Origin: the human T2T-CHM13v2.0 reference genome, Homo sapiens
Strand: one strand, 5' to 3'
DNA: 64,000 nucleotides
NCBI RefSeq assembly: GCF_009914755.1
Contig: NC_060926.1
Under the pieces are notes generated by a model. That model saw nothing but the letters and a program-made list of their open reading frames with translations, searched no databases and was not told the DNA's origin. Position 1 is the first letter of the stretch, and every line of letters begins with the position of its first letter. The position numbers and the translations under genes are program-made. Below are positions 1 to 15,615 of this stretch, in pieces.

Positions 1-919
1 AAACCACTCTGGTCTAAGCTACTTCAGGGCTTTCATGAGAAGCTGAGATAATTGATGTTTGAACACTCTTTGGGCTTATTTCTTCAGAGCTTGCTCCACA
101 ATGAGAAAAACAAGAATCAACCCTAGTATTCTCATGTTGAAAGCACAACTTTCAAGGATGCCAAGCAAAATGATGCAAATGTGTAATTACAAAAGCTCTT
201 GACATTCATATAAATTTTCTATTTCTAAGGTTTCATGATCATTAGCTAATGCACTCAGACTCCTAAGAGACAGAGTCATGTCATTATCCATATTTTATAA
301 CAGCAAAATGTAGACATGTAATGATTTGCGGCAGAGCACAAAAGAACTCCTAATCGGCTTTATACTCCATAGGGGCAAAAAGGTTTTCAGGTTAAGGCAT
401 CTCAATTCTGCAAATAATACCAAAACTGCCATTCTCATCACATAAATCCTCTACCACTGCAAGATAGCCAACAACAGAAACAGCCTGCACTCAGGATTGT
501 GCAAAGGTGGTCAGAGGTGACAATCTTTCTCCCTAAAGTTTTTCTTCAGGTAATACTTCTCAAATGATTCATCAAATAGCATCATAAAAGGGAAAGCAGG
601 GGAGTATTTGGCAACAAGAGAGATCAGTATTAGCCTTCCTAATTTATGTGATAGAAAGGCATGACATTTCTAGTGCGAATCAGGGCTTTCCCACCCCAAG
701 GAAGGGCCCAAATGGGTGTTTACAGGGGTGAAGCTCTGCCCTTTCTTCCGCCCTGTGGCCTCATCATCAGGTTTGGCCCCCGACTTGGCAACCCCAGCAG
801 ATCACCCTACTCCTCCAAACCCAGGTCTCCAACTTAAAGACTACCATTCCAGGGAAGCCCAATTTGTGTTCACTGGGAAAGAAAATCCACACACACATAC
901 TGACCACCCACTGCACAGT

Positions 920-1075
920 AGACACTTGACTCCTTATGAGCCTGTACATTTTTATTACTAGCCTCATTTTACATGGGAGAAAACCGGGACTCAGAAAACT
1001 TGCCCAAGGTCACATAGAGCTAATAAGTACCTGAGCCAGTATCAGCATCACGCCTGCCAGACTCCGAGATGTGTG
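920..1075 (-). mobile_element. MIR
   Basis: Core cattttacatgggagaaaaccgggactcagaaaacttgcccaaggtcacatag. Confidence 0.75.
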
Positions 1076-3118
1076 CTTTTGTTCTACTTCCCACAAGCCA
1101 GAGCACATGCTTCCCTTCCTCACTTGTTTTGGCCTTGCTAGGAAAAAACTTTCTTCCATCCTATATGGTTCAACAGAAGACAAACAACCCAGACCAGGGT
1201 CTGCATGAGCCTCATTTGCTAGAGCTGTTTGGGAAGAGAGTGCTATGGACAGGTTGCTTCAAAGGGCCTTCCTCTCCCTAATCTCACTGCTCATCCATCA
1301 GCTGCTACCCCATTGGCTGCTACTCCAGGTCCCACTAGTTTGGCTTCACTGGCCCTGCAGATCACAGCCCACTGGGTTCAATCCAGAATGGTCCAGATGG
1401 CAGAGCCAAACAATACAAAAAGTCTGCTGATAGCAAAGTATATTTTCCAGTCTCCGGAACAAGACACTATCACTGAAGGGAGCCACAGAGAAAGTGCTAT
1501 GCAGCTGGTTAGCACTGGGCCTGGTACCCAGCAGAGAAATCAACTAACATCTTTAGCTGCTGGTGGGAAACCATCCTCAGCTCTACCTGCAATAAATCTC
1601 CCCCCAGCTCAGCTTCTCCATCCTTAATCTACATTCCAGAACATTCACAAATCAAGGAGTTTCAAAAACAGGAAAGAATAAATTAATTCCCAGAAAGGAC
1701 AAAACAAGCGTATGTAATACAGAGATACCTCTCATAGTTAAGTCCTTGACAGTAAAAGTCTCCTAACCTCCAAGGAACAAAAAATAAGAATTCTAAAAAC
1801 ATGGAGGGGTAGGTGGTGAGAAAAATCTTTTATTAAAGCTTTACAGCTAGAGAATTGTTACTGCTTTACAACTACAGCTAACTAAGGAACGACTGGCTAC
1901 TTCTCATCTCTAGACAGAATTATGAAGCTTTGTGACCTGAGATCATTGTCACAACATGGATGGATTTAACCATTCATTAAACAGTTTGGGAGATTCTACT
2001 CTAAATCCAAAGATTTCCCTTCAACTATAGAAGAGACCAAGAACAAAGTTAAAGGTGGAAAGGCACCTTAGAGAGCATCAAGTCCAACCCCCTCACTTTA
2101 TGAATGAGAAAACAGGGTCCTGTGAAGGATAGGGATGTGTTTCCTGCAGCAATTGGAAAGCACAGGATTAGGACCCTAGGCATCCTTATTCCTTATCTAC
2201 CTATTCTGTGCACCAGGTTGGTGTTTTTTCAAATTGCCAGTGAGGATCCACTGGTCACAAAATCAACTTACTGGGTGGAGGCCAGCATTGTTTAAGGGAA
2301 GCATCAGAATGTAATAAGGGTAAAAACTGCTTTATGAAACTTTTGTTTCACTTACGCCCAAGCTTTAGTATGACATGTTTTACTGTAAGTGATGATCAAA
2401 AGTTTGGAGTCTGCTAGTACTAGATTAGGAGTCCCAGGATTAGAGTAAATCCATGCTTTGAAAGGAAAGGAGGTGACCTAACTGCATAATTCTAAAGGAC
2501 ATTTAGAAATAATACCAAGACTGTCTTGCTTTAAGGGTTTTTATGCACTTTGCTGATTAGTTTAAGAGGAAGCTAAAAAATGTGGGGCTTGTAAATACAG
2601 GAATTGGACAAGTGTTAGCAACATGAAATAAAATAAGAGCAATTACTACGCTGAACAGCACCTTGTATTTATTTTGAACAACATATGATACTGACACATG
2701 ACTCATTAACATTAGTAGCATATTTTCAATGAAGTATCATGCACCCCTTTTGGAATAAGAGTTCTTAACATTTTATGAATTTCTCATTTTATTCCTGACT
2801 CCTATTTCAAGTGCGATAAATCATTCAATAGGATTATGGCCTGTATGCACATATGCACAAGTTAAGTGGGCACGGCTTTAAATCTTTTCAGTTCACTCTT
2901 TTAAGTCACTCTATCTCAATTCACTTTTGCTAAGTAATTCCCGACTAAGAACAGCTACTTGGAAGTTTTAGATAGTGATTATGTCAATGGCAATCAGAGG
3001 TAAGAGATTGCTCACGTTCATTACCATGATGCAGATTTTTCCTTTAGTTGACACCTCTTCTCATTTTCCCCTCTGTACTGCTGCTGGTATTAAGGTAAAT
3101 AACCAGAACACTGCATAC

Positions 3119-3200
3119 CTGCATTTTATACTTTCAGTTATCCAAAGAAATATTTCATGGAAATATAATTTAGTATTCTAACTTTGCATTTCACTAAGGT
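3119..3200 (-). other. Candidate 82-nt exon of the minus-strand host gene (5' UTR-like, ending ...AAAATGCAG|gt)
   Basis: Acceptor tttttcatgttaatttcacatag and donor CAG|gtatgc, in unique sequence. Stops in all three frames; terminal ATG CAG with A at -3. Confidence 0.5.
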
Positions 3201-3530
3201 CTATGTGAAATTAACATGAAAAACTACAGTGTTTATTTTGCAAAAATCACTACTATTGTCAAATGCAGTTTCAACAGTATGTTCAAAGTCCCTACTCCCA
3301 TGACTCACACAATAACTTCCTCTTTGCATTTAGTGCATTTAGTGCAAAAAAGCAGCAAAAAGATATTTGCTTATATTAATTCATCAACAAACAGTAATTA
3401 AATCCCTGCCATGTAGCAGGCAGTTCACTAGATAATAAAGTGCCAAAGGTGACCATTCCTGCTTCAAGTGGAATAAATCCTTCTATAGGATCACTTCCTC
3501 TGCAGAAGTTAACAGGGATGACTAAAATGC

Positions 3531-3924
3531 TGTTGTGGACTGAATGTCTGTGTTCCCCTAAAATGTCTTTGTTGAAGCCCTAATCCCCAATGTGACTATA
3601 TTTAGAGATACAGTTAACAGATAATTACCACCTTTATGGAGGTAATTAAAGGTTAAATGAGGTCATCAGGACAGAGCCCTGGTCCAATAGGATTAGTATC
3701 CTTACAAGAAGAGACAATAGAGAGCTTACTTTCCCTCTCTGTCCTATGAGGACACAGCGAGAAGGTGCCTGTTTACAAGCCAGCAAGAGAGCCCACCAGA
3801 AACTGAAGTGGTCAGCACATTGATCTGGACTTCCTAGACTCCAGAACTGTGAGAAATACATTTCTGTTGTTTAAGCCACTCAGTGTATGGTATTTTGTTA
3901 CAACAGCCCAAGCAGACTAATACA
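3531..3924 (+). mobile_element. MLT1A-type MaLR solo LTR
   Basis: tg...ca termini: tgttgtggactgaatgt...ccctaatccccaatgtg...tattttgttacaacagcccaagcagactaataca. Confidence 0.85.
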
Positions 3925-4625
3925 AAAGCCTTGAAATGTCTGTTCAAAGTCATTCTTCCACTAACACTTATGGCAGAGAATGCCATACTAATTAGAAGTT
4001 CTTAGAAGCTTCCTGATTAAGTCAACAGCAAATGGCAAGATTCAACTGAAAGGCCTCTGGTAGCTCATTGTAGTTCCCATCTTAGGTTAGTAGGAGCCTT
4101 GAAAAGAAGGTTAGACAGGGATTCTATACAAACGTGGTATTGATTCCCTCTGTGACTTTCGACCTAACTGCTATCTAGACTTCAGCTTCCTTAATGGGCA
4201 TAATAAAATACACCTTTAAGGCTTCATAACATAATATATTTCACATCCCTGGAAAACATCAACTCAATAAATGTTAGGCTCTCTCTCTGGGACTCATTTC
4301 TCCATCTGTGACATAAAGGAGGTAAACTATATCTACTGTTTATATGGCACCCAAGGGAAAAGAGGGCAAAGTGGCTCAGGGTCAGAACTGAGTTTCATTT
4401 TGCTTAGCACCAGGAAGATTAGACTGGTTTAAAAGAGAGGCTAGGAGAGCTAAATTTGGAAACCAAAGAACTAAATGATTTCTAAAGTCTGATACAGCAC
4501 GATGAGCATAAGAGTTTAAAATATAAGAGACAATCCAATTCAGAAACAGCTGTGAATTAATATTCCATAGCAAAGATTGTCATGTATAATGCACTTTGAT
4601 ATCTAACCTTAAAAAGTTATTTTAA

Positions 4626-4919
<294 letters not shown>

Positions 4920-4934
4920 TTATTTTAAAATATC

Positions 4935-5160
4935 TATGTCAATCCAGATTGCATGGGTTCATATCCCAGACCTGCCACATACTAACTGCTTATGCTTGGA
5001 TGACTTGCCTAACTTCTTCATGCCTCAGTTTCCTCATTGGTAAGATGGCAATAATGCTACTTCACTCATAGAGTGGTTGTGAGGATTAAATGAGTTAACA
5101 CAAAAAAAGTCTTTGAAACTGTGCCTAGCACATAGTAAGCACTAATTAAATCTTAGCTAG
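4935..5160 (+). mobile_element. MIR
   Basis: cctcagtttcctcatt...gttgtgaggattaaatgag...gcacatagtaagcact. Confidence 0.8.
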
Positions 5161-6756
5161 CTTTGCTCCTTAGGGAAATCCCCCCAGGTCAACTGGTGTC
5201 CTGTCAATCTGTCATTTTAATACCACGTAATATTTCATAGTATTAATGTACCATAATTTATTCAGCCCTCCTTCTGTTGATGAGTATCCCCTTTATTTCT
5301 AGTTTTCATCCCCATATGAACAATGTAGCAATAAACATCTAGTACTTTTTTTAAAAAAATTAGTCCATAAGAACTTTACGTTAAAGTTAAGACGTCAATT
5401 GTCCAGTAACCCCTTCCCATAAATGGCAAGATTTTTTTCAAGGCATCACATTAGCCTGTAACATTAGTTATGGCCCCTGGAAGGAAGTTCTAATCACCAT
5501 ATTATATTTAAATGAGAAGCACAAAGTTGGAACTTTAATAAGAGTTTGACCATCTCTTAGCACGTGCAAGAACTCCTTAAGTATGCTCAGCTGTCCTTTG
5601 CCAGTGAACAGAGTCAAGAGTGGGCTCAGGCTTTCTTTTTAGAGGTGCTAGCTGGTGATGGATAGTAAACAAAACAAATGGCTTTGGTTCAGCTGATTTA
5701 TTCTAATCCTGCCTTTCCCCAGCTTACTCTTTGAGCTCTATTTATATCATGTGTCCAACCTCAAAGCCCACAGGCCAGTCAGTCACATGAGGACCAGAAG
5801 CTGGCCAGGAGAGGACTTGGATGAATGGACACACATGTGAGCTCTACAGGAGTACAAGTGCCACTCTGCTTCAGCCAACTGTCACCATCTGAGATCGCTG
5901 ACCTGGCATAGCAAGACAGTCAGAATTTTGCAGAAAGGCTGAAAATCCAGAATTCTGTGTGACATCTCCTAATACAATAAGGTTGACGATTAATTTTTTA
6001 ATTATAAAAGCATTGTGAGTCTAATAAAAGTTCACCACAGACTGTTATTTTGCCTGAGTGTGTTACTGCTATTCGCCTTCAAAGGTACACCCTTCCTTAC
6101 TTGATGGTCCCAATTTTAAGTTATTAGATTGCAAGTGTGAAATTGCCATTTTTCTACATCAAAAATGTTCATGTCATATGGTTCAACATAGTATGAGCAT
6201 GTACTCGGCACATTGACCCAAACTGATCTGCTACATGTCACCATCCTCCTCGTCTTACTATTTCACACAGAAAGAAAACCTTATCACAGCGACTCTTCTG
6301 TCATCTGGTGCATTCTATGTGGCAGGAACATGTGCACAGTGCAATCTCAAGTCAAAGACAAAGAACAGTAACGGTGAGACACACACAACTTGCCCTACGC
6401 ATTAATTTATAAAACAGACGCTCCTGCTGGCCTGTCTGGATAACAGTGCACAAACCGCTCGCCTCCACTGAGCCCAGTGCAGCAAGACCATGTTTCTCAA
6501 GGCAGCTACAAACTGGTGACCCTCCTAAGTGACCTGGCTTGTGTCACCACCAAGCTGACTGAGTTTTGTCCTTCTGCCTCCGTCAAAAGAACAAGTTAGT
6601 AGAGCCTCCTTCCAGGGTTGCTGGAAAAGATTTAGAGCTTACCAAAAAAATAAAATAAAATAAAACATAAAAAGCAAACAGTAGGATGAGGTGGATTAAT
6701 GGCCACTCAGTGAAATGTACTTATGTTTCACCACTGACCTGGATAAACTATCTTAC

Positions 6757-6766
6757 CTGAGAAAGC
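6757..6766 (-). other. Candidate 10-nt microexon GCTTTCTCAG (or tandem AG / AG|GT site)
   Basis: Minus strand reads cctctaaatgttttaacag|GCTTTCTCAG|gtaagatag. Confidence 0.3.
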
Positions 6767-6932
6767 CTGTTAAAACATTTAGAGGTCTCAGACCTCACTG
6801 AAGACAAGCAGCCCTTGTATATAACTCATCAAGAACCATCTGATAATACCACAGAAAAATAAAAAGTAGTCCTCGGTTCTGATTTTAAAAGAGATAGAGG
6901 AATCAAACCAGAACAAATGTAAATAAACTCAC

Positions 6933-6963
6933 CTTGGACCACAAGCTACATCTCAAGCAACAA
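6933..6963 (-). other. Candidate 31-nt exon TTGTTGCTTGAGATGTAGCTTGTGGTCCAAG
   Basis: Branch-point-like TACTCAC (A at 6993), U-rich tract ggttttttggtttttttttttag and strong donor AAG|gtgagt. Confidence 0.55.
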
Positions 6964-9074
6964 CTAAAAAAAAAAACCAAAAAACCCTACAGTGAGTACA
7001 CTTACTGAACATGCAGAAAGTATGTGGATTGGGATACCTAATATAAAGAAATTCAATAATTTACAAATTGTAATAACTTTCAATGATAATGAAAATTATT
7101 ATTAGGGAGTCTAGGTAAATTCAAGCCAGCCACCAGATGAGTTGCATGTGTGAGATAAGGAGCTAAAAAAGAACAGACTCTAATTTCCATCTAATTCAAC
7201 GTGATTAATATTGGAATTTACTTCTAGGCATTTTTGTTTTCTTAATGAAACACAATAGATTTTTTTAAAAATCACTCTGGGAATATGATTGCTTGCCGGT
7301 TTAAAAACAAAAACATTTAACATTAGTCTCAAGAGCACTTACTCAGAGGTTCAGCCCCTCAAAGCTAAAACTCTATTGTAGGATTTTAGTCCTAATATTG
7401 ATACTGACGAACATGCAACCTGGAGTAAAACACATAACCTTTCTGCCAGTGAAGCTGTTTACCTTCTAAGAAAAAGATTACTTCATTTTGATGGGGAGTA
7501 TAGGGAGAAGAGAGGACAACCTAGCCCGCCCGAGCTATGAATGAATCACTTGAGATGTTGCCTTCTTGAACAACTCCAAGGAGAATTAGTCACTTCCTCA
7601 CCATTCCCAGGCAGAGACTCTCTACCTACTTCATCCTAGAACTTCTATGCTTGTGGAGCGGTCTCCTCCGGCCTTATTATTCCTAGAATCAGCCCTTCCA
7701 CCTAGACCACTGCCTGGAACACAGGAGGCCTCCAAGAGTGTTGGCTAAGTGAATGGAATGCACATCAGCCCATCACTGGGGAAGACACCCGCAGACAAGG
7801 CAGATGAAGTGTGCTCCAAGTTGGGACTACACAGAGGAGAGCAGGCACTGGTGGGCTATATAACCTAAAGCAAGGGGAAGAGCACTTTTATTCAATGTGT
7901 TATCTCTAAGTAGGTCGCTGTGGGGGATGTGGCAGTTAACTTCAAGGTACAAGCCTAGGGAAGCTCTCTGCCTTCAGGCATTTCTGATTTGCAGAACATC
8001 CAGTTCAATTCTAAAGTCAGGTCTCATAGGAGAGCTCATTCTGAAGAGCAATGTTCCATCCGAATTTCAATTTTTAAAAACTGAATCCACTGGCCCCTGC
8101 TCAGCATGTAGGGCCACACGAAATGTGGCAGGCTAATATAAACTAGGGACTTCAATAATTCTATGTGAGCATAGAGAGATGATATAAAACACTAAACAAC
8201 AACATGAAGGACAGACAAGAGCCCACAACAGCCCTCGAAATCCATGTCAGGGAACACTGCATCAGGCACTAGACTGTAGGCTGGACACACTCCTACTGAG
8301 AAAATCTGACTTTTATAGTCAGTAAATGGTCACTTTGAAGTCCTTGCCCCTTGCAAACTCAAAGTCCAACGATCTGGCAATATTGAAAAACTTCCTGTTC
8401 TGCTTGGAAGGGATAATCCACCTCCTCCCAGCAAAACCCACTTGTTTTACTGATTAAATCAACCAAATGGAAGCCAAACATTCCACAAAGAAATGTCTAT
8501 TGCTATTCACACAGATAAACGGATACACCCACTGGCAAGGCCAAAAGGCACAAGTGTCCTGGTTTGAATATGTATGCTGTGGTGGTGGCTTCTGATTCCT
8601 TACTGCTTCAACCTCAAGCCACCTGTAAATGGGAAGGGCTCTATATGCAAAAAGAAGAGCCAGTCCCTACTTCCAGGTCAGTCCCACTCCATCCCTTCTT
8701 TGCAGCTATAGGCACGTTGGCTTTGCATAAATAAGAAAAAGGAATCCCTCTGACTGGACACAACGGAGTGCAGGGCCTGACATGCGGACAATACCCAGTT
8801 AGGGGGAAAAGCTCTTTTCTCCCAGCTAATTGCATCAGAGCTTGTGGGCTAAACAAGGGTTGGATTTTCAGCCTCCAGGGGCAATATACAACCTTGGTGG
8901 TCTTCAATCAAAGGTTATTAGCATATCCACAGCCCACGCCCTATTAAAAAAAAAATTAAAATTGGTGTCTAAGCCCCAGTACAACAACTCCAGAGTCAAG
9001 AAATAACCCCATGGGAAGGCCCTGGATTTGGGCAGATTTTTTCAAAGCCTCAGGAAGAGGATAACTACACATCA

Positions 9075-9223
9075 GCCACACCTAAGATGTCTGTTTAAAA
9101 AGCAGATTCTTAACCCTATATCCAACCTATTGAATCACAATTATTGCAACTGGAGGCCTGGGATCTGCATTTTTAATTAGCTTCTCCAGCAATTCACCCA
9201 TATCCTTAGATTTGAGAACCATG
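9075..9223. mobile_element. MER5-like fragment
   Basis: aaaaagcagattct...atctgcatttttaa...tttgagaacca. Confidence 0.65.
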
Positions 9224-9289
9224 GTTCCCTCCTGCGTATCAGCTTCTCTCGCCACACCTCTGCCAGGATTCTAGGGCTTGGGGAAATTA

Positions 9290-9870
9290 ATCAGTCAGGG
9301 GCTATTAGGAAAATGGAAGCAATACTATGTAATGCGACATATTATTTAATACGAAGATCTTATTCAACAGGTGCTAGAGAATGGAAAAGACTGAGTTAAC
9401 ACAGAGTTACTCAGGAAGCTGTAGGAAGCAGCTACCACTCCTTGGGTAGGACTGTAGGAATCAAAGGGAGGAGGTGGTGGTTATTAGACTCTACACATTT
9501 AGGAGGAAACCTACAGGGCTGGGACCCTGACCTCTGAAGAGGAGCCCTTTCTGAAGGTCTACATGGGACTGGGATGGCATCTCAGGGGGTGGCAGAAGGC
9601 TGGTTCCAAGAGGTAGAAGGAAACTGGAAATGGAAACCAATTACTGCTGGCAGAGGGAAAGACCCTTTCCGAAGCTAAGCTGACAAGAACAGTAACAGGA
9701 TGAAGCGTGTCCCTTCTCCCTCCCACAGCCTTCCAAAATTCCCCTGGTGCCCCCATTAGCACAGCTTAACAGGGAAACAGCAGGCAAAGAAGGAACATGG
9801 AAGGAGGTCTGCTGACTACCAACCCAACACCACAAGCAGATTCTAGGAAGGTCTATCTGGAGCTTAGAGG
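9290..9870 (-). mobile_element. Probable ancient LTR relic, family uncertain
   Basis: Begins like a reversed MaLR/ERVL LTR end (tcagtcaggggctattaggaaaatggaagc); purine-rich body. Confidence 0.3.
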
Positions 9871-10109
9871 AAATCACTTAATAAGGAGCCAAGGGAGTGT
9901 GACCTCCACCAGCTCCAAAACGAGGCTGGGGCTTTTCCAAGCTCCATTAACAATAGCCAGGCTTTTAAAAAAAATTCTCATTTCACTCTGTTTTCCAACA
10001 CAATTCCTAAAATGATCCTTTTTAATATCTAACACTTTCCAAATGTTCGCTCTGTACTTCCAAACCCCGCCCCATTCCACCCCAATCTACTTCCTCTGGA
10101 TTGAGTGAT

Positions 10110-10330
10110 GGTTATGACGGAGGGTCTGGGGTCACACAGCCCCAAGCTATGTGACCTTGGGCAAGCTGCCTGTGTGCTTTGTGCTGCACATTGCTCAACT
10201 ACAAAAAGCAAATGACAATAGCATCTACCTCACAGGAGGGCTGTAAATATTAAATGAGACTATACATGTAAACATAATAATATAAATGTACATGTCTAGC
10301 ACTGAAGTGTTTAAGAATGTTGACTGTTGG
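10110..10330 (+). mobile_element. MIR
   Basis: tgtgaccttgggcaag...tacctcacagg...attaaatgag. Confidence 0.7.
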
Positions 10331-11671
10331 GGTTAATAGTATCCACATGATTATCCCAGACACCTGGATAGAAACTAGAACCAGGTCCACTACAACCTTT
10401 TGAGAAAATGCCTACTTATCCCCACCTCCCTATGATCAGCTCTGCTCCCACTCAGCCCCAGCTCCTGCCAGCTTCCTATTAACTCCCCCTCTTCAAATCC
10501 CACTCCTGAGGGCCAGCACTGACAACTTTTATATGGTAATGATTGGGCACAGAGAAAATTATGCCAGGAAAGTGACTCACTGTTCAAGATACAATTAGCC
10601 CCACTTCTCAGGTAATTAAACAGCCCTGGCTACCACATCCATGATGCAGCAAGTAACTAAAACATTTCTCCTACTCACAGACACAGGAAAAGAAAATCCA
10701 TTCACTTTAATGCCACCTCTCCATCTGATCTGATTGCACTTATAACCCAACTCCTGCTTTTCCTGTCTCCTCTGACAACCTGAAGCCCTCCCCTAAGTTA
10801 CAACCGCAATACAGGAAGTCAGGTCACCCTCTGCATGGTAGAAGTCTTTCTTCCCCCCCCTCTTCACACACTCTCACCCAGAAGCAGGGGCATGATGCCA
10901 TAGTCTGAAATGATGGCAGAAAATAAGAGCCACAAGGGAAGAGGATATGAACTGCAGGAACACAAATGTCCAGTGCAGTGAAAAGTAGTGTCTTGGCAAC
11001 CCCAGGGGGCCCTGAGAACATCATTGAGTGAGAAGGAAAATTAAGACACACCCTCATGAAGGGCACGGAACACCTGCTAAGCCCCGGTGGAAGCAGCAGC
11101 ATGCTGCAGTCTCTGCCTCCAGCAGCCCCAGCCCAGAGTTTCTCCTAAGTGAGGCCACCTGCAGATCCCACAATACCATGAGTCGGAGCCTGGCAGGACA
11201 TCAGGAGAATGTTCCCTCCTTTAGTCTTGGGGCTGGGGGCTAAGGTGTTAGGACTGTGTTGTATTGAAAGATGTGGAGACAACATAAGGGGTCACCTGGG
11301 TGTGCTGTGAAAACGTTGCTGCTTATTTAGTTAGTATGGGACAGGGGTGAGTTCTACATTTCTCAAGCTCCCAGGTGATGTGATGCTGCTGGTCCATGGG
11401 CCACATTTTCAGTTGCTACCACAGAGGTGGCATAACTTCCCTAAATTATCCCCGAAGGGGCCAGGTACCCACCTCCTAATAAGGGAATCGAGTTTAGGCC
11501 CCCATGGAAGGAACTGGAAAGGAGGCCTGAAGCATGGAAAAGCAGATGCCTCGGCGTCAGGGACAAGAGGTGCCAGCCTGGGAAGGGTCTCGCCCGCCTG
11601 CAAGCATCCAGAAGGAGCAGATCCACTCCAAAGAATAATAATTCAGAAATGTATGTGTATCGGGCTATTCA

Positions 11672-12010
<339 letters not shown>

Positions 12011-12754
12011 ATGAAGATTCAACATTCCCTCTATCTCATAACATGTAAGTTTATTATTTGATTTTTTGGGTGGGTTTTTCAGAAATTCACTACAAATGAA
12101 AGATGAAGACAATGCCTGCCTTAGTAGAAATTAGTACAAAAGGCATAATTAAATTTCAGAATTATTTCCAGCACCTAGGATTGAAATTAAGTTGGACTTC
12201 ATTTATCTGGAAATTTATTTTATTAATCCAGAAAACATGATACCTCAAACATTATGGGTAAAGATATAAACAAAGCTGAACAGCCAGCTGATTGCATCTG
12301 CTGTTATTCAACTTATGTTGAGCCTCCAGTCATACTCACATTAAATAAACTTTATAACGCTATGTCTAAATTCAACCTATACAAGTTACTGGGTATGATA
12401 TTATAAGAAAGAAAACCATTACAAGTATTGATTTTTTTTTAATTGAAACTACTTTCTCACAGCCTGAGGCCCAGGTCCCCAGATGTATGACACATCTCTA
12501 ACTAGAAGCAGATGGAGAGCTGCTTAGGATAGCATGAGTTTCAATATGACTTACAGTCACACATTTACATTTTTTTTAACAGCTAGGCTGATTAGATTGA
12601 TAAGTACTTGTTAAATTGACATTTTCACAGATGAACTTTATTTCCTCTCTCTTTCATTTACTCAAATGATAGGAAGTATTCACTTTTACATCCTCGTTGT
12701 CAAGTTTTTGTAACTAACGTTTCTACCTTGAACTCTAAGCTCTCAGAAGACATA

Positions 12755-12970
12755 ACCTGGGCAACAAAATGAGACCCCGTCCCTACAAAAATTTTTTAAA
12801 AAATTAGCCAGGCATGGTGGCACATACCTGTAGTCCTAGCTACTTGGAAGGCTGTGGTGGGAAGATCGCTTGAGCAGAGGAAGTTGAGGTTGCAGTGAGC
12901 CACGATGGCACTACTGCACTCCAGCCTGGGCAACAGAGCAAGACCATGTCTCAAAACAAAACCACCAAAA
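12755..12970 (+). mobile_element. 5'-truncated AluJ
   Basis: End of left arm, A-linker and J-type right arm. Confidence 0.88.
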
Positions 12971-13113
12971 GACAGTTACCTACCATTGATTTGCCTCATT
13001 TGCTGCCAAGATAATTCTCCTGCACATAATTTAATAAAGTCTGGTCGGTGGCCATGCTTTTCAGTTTCAACTCTAAGCTGTAGCCTACTAGCTACAGTAT
13101 GTGAATGAAAATC

Positions 13114-13173
13114 CTGTAAAAGCCCAAAATTCAGATTCAATCTCTGTAAAAGCCCAAGATTCAGATTCAGTCT
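13114..13173 (+). repeat. 30-bp tandem duplication (2 copies, 2 mismatches)
   Basis: ctgtaaaagcccaaaattcagattcaatct / ctgtaaaagcccaagattcagattcagtct. Confidence 0.9.
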
Positions 13174-13287
13174 CCTGATGTGTCAATTAGCTGCACTTTG
13201 TTACATGCCAAAGATAATACTTAAGTCCATCCAGTTAGAGTAACAAGAACAAAATGAATGGATGAGTGTAAGAATTCCACCACTATT

Positions 13288-13584
13288 GGCTGCGCGAGGT
13301 GGCTCACGCCTGTAATCTCAGCACTTTGGGAGGCCTAGGTCGGTAGATCATCTGAGGTCAAGAGTTCAAGACCAGCCTGGCCAACACGGCAAAACCCCAT
13401 CTCTACTAAAAATCAAAAAATTAGATGGGCGTGGTGGCGGGCACCTGTAATCCCAGCTACTCAGGAGGCTGAGGCAGGAGAATTGCTTGAACCTGGGAGG
13501 TGGAGATTGCAGTGGGCCAAGATCGTGCCATTGCACTCCAGCCTGGGCTACAAGAGCAAAACTCCATTTCAAAAGGAAAAGAAA
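13288..13584 (+). mobile_element. AluSq/Sp-like
   Basis: Alu dimer with acaagagcaaaactcc diagnostic; TSD gaattc(c/t)accactat. Confidence 0.95.
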
Positions 13585-13784
13585 GGAATTCTACCACTAT
13601 AAATGGGAATGGAGTGGGAAGAAGTTATCAAACACATATGATCTACTGATTATGTGTAATAATTATAATAATGCCTTCCTCACACTAAGAATAATAGCAT
13701 CTTGGAGTTGCAAAGAACCTCAATTTATGGTTTACATGATCACCTCAATTTACATCTTATACAATAATGAAGAATATGTACTTG

Positions 13785-14830
<1,046 letters not shown>

Positions 14831-15306
14831 AGGTACTGAAACTAAATATGTAATCGCCTCTACTATAATCATCACTCCATTTTATAATGAACGGCCTTGA
14901 TTCTCTCTTCATCCATCCCAAAACCCTGCCAACGCTGGCCCATCCACCAGAATATGTTCTGCATGCTCCAGATGTCAATTTGAAAGCCTTGGGCTGCCAC
15001 ATATTGTTCAATGAACCTCCAACATCAGGAACAAGGAAAGGTGAGGATGCAGGGGAAGGAACAATAAAAACCGAGAAGGGGATGTGCTTCCCGTGTTCAA
15101 GAGATATTTCAGGGGGAAAGAACTGTCCAATCATATCTTACAAATGGGTATTCATGTGTACTGCCCTCCTATAAAGAAATGTTACGTATAACTAAAAAAT
15201 ATATATGTAAATATCCAGTATTTGTAGGTATTCTTTCCATTCAACTCTTTTCCTTGTAAAGGCTTAAAAGAAATAATTAACTTGTTCCTTAAAATTAAAC
15301 CATACT

Positions 15307-15615
<309 letters not shown>

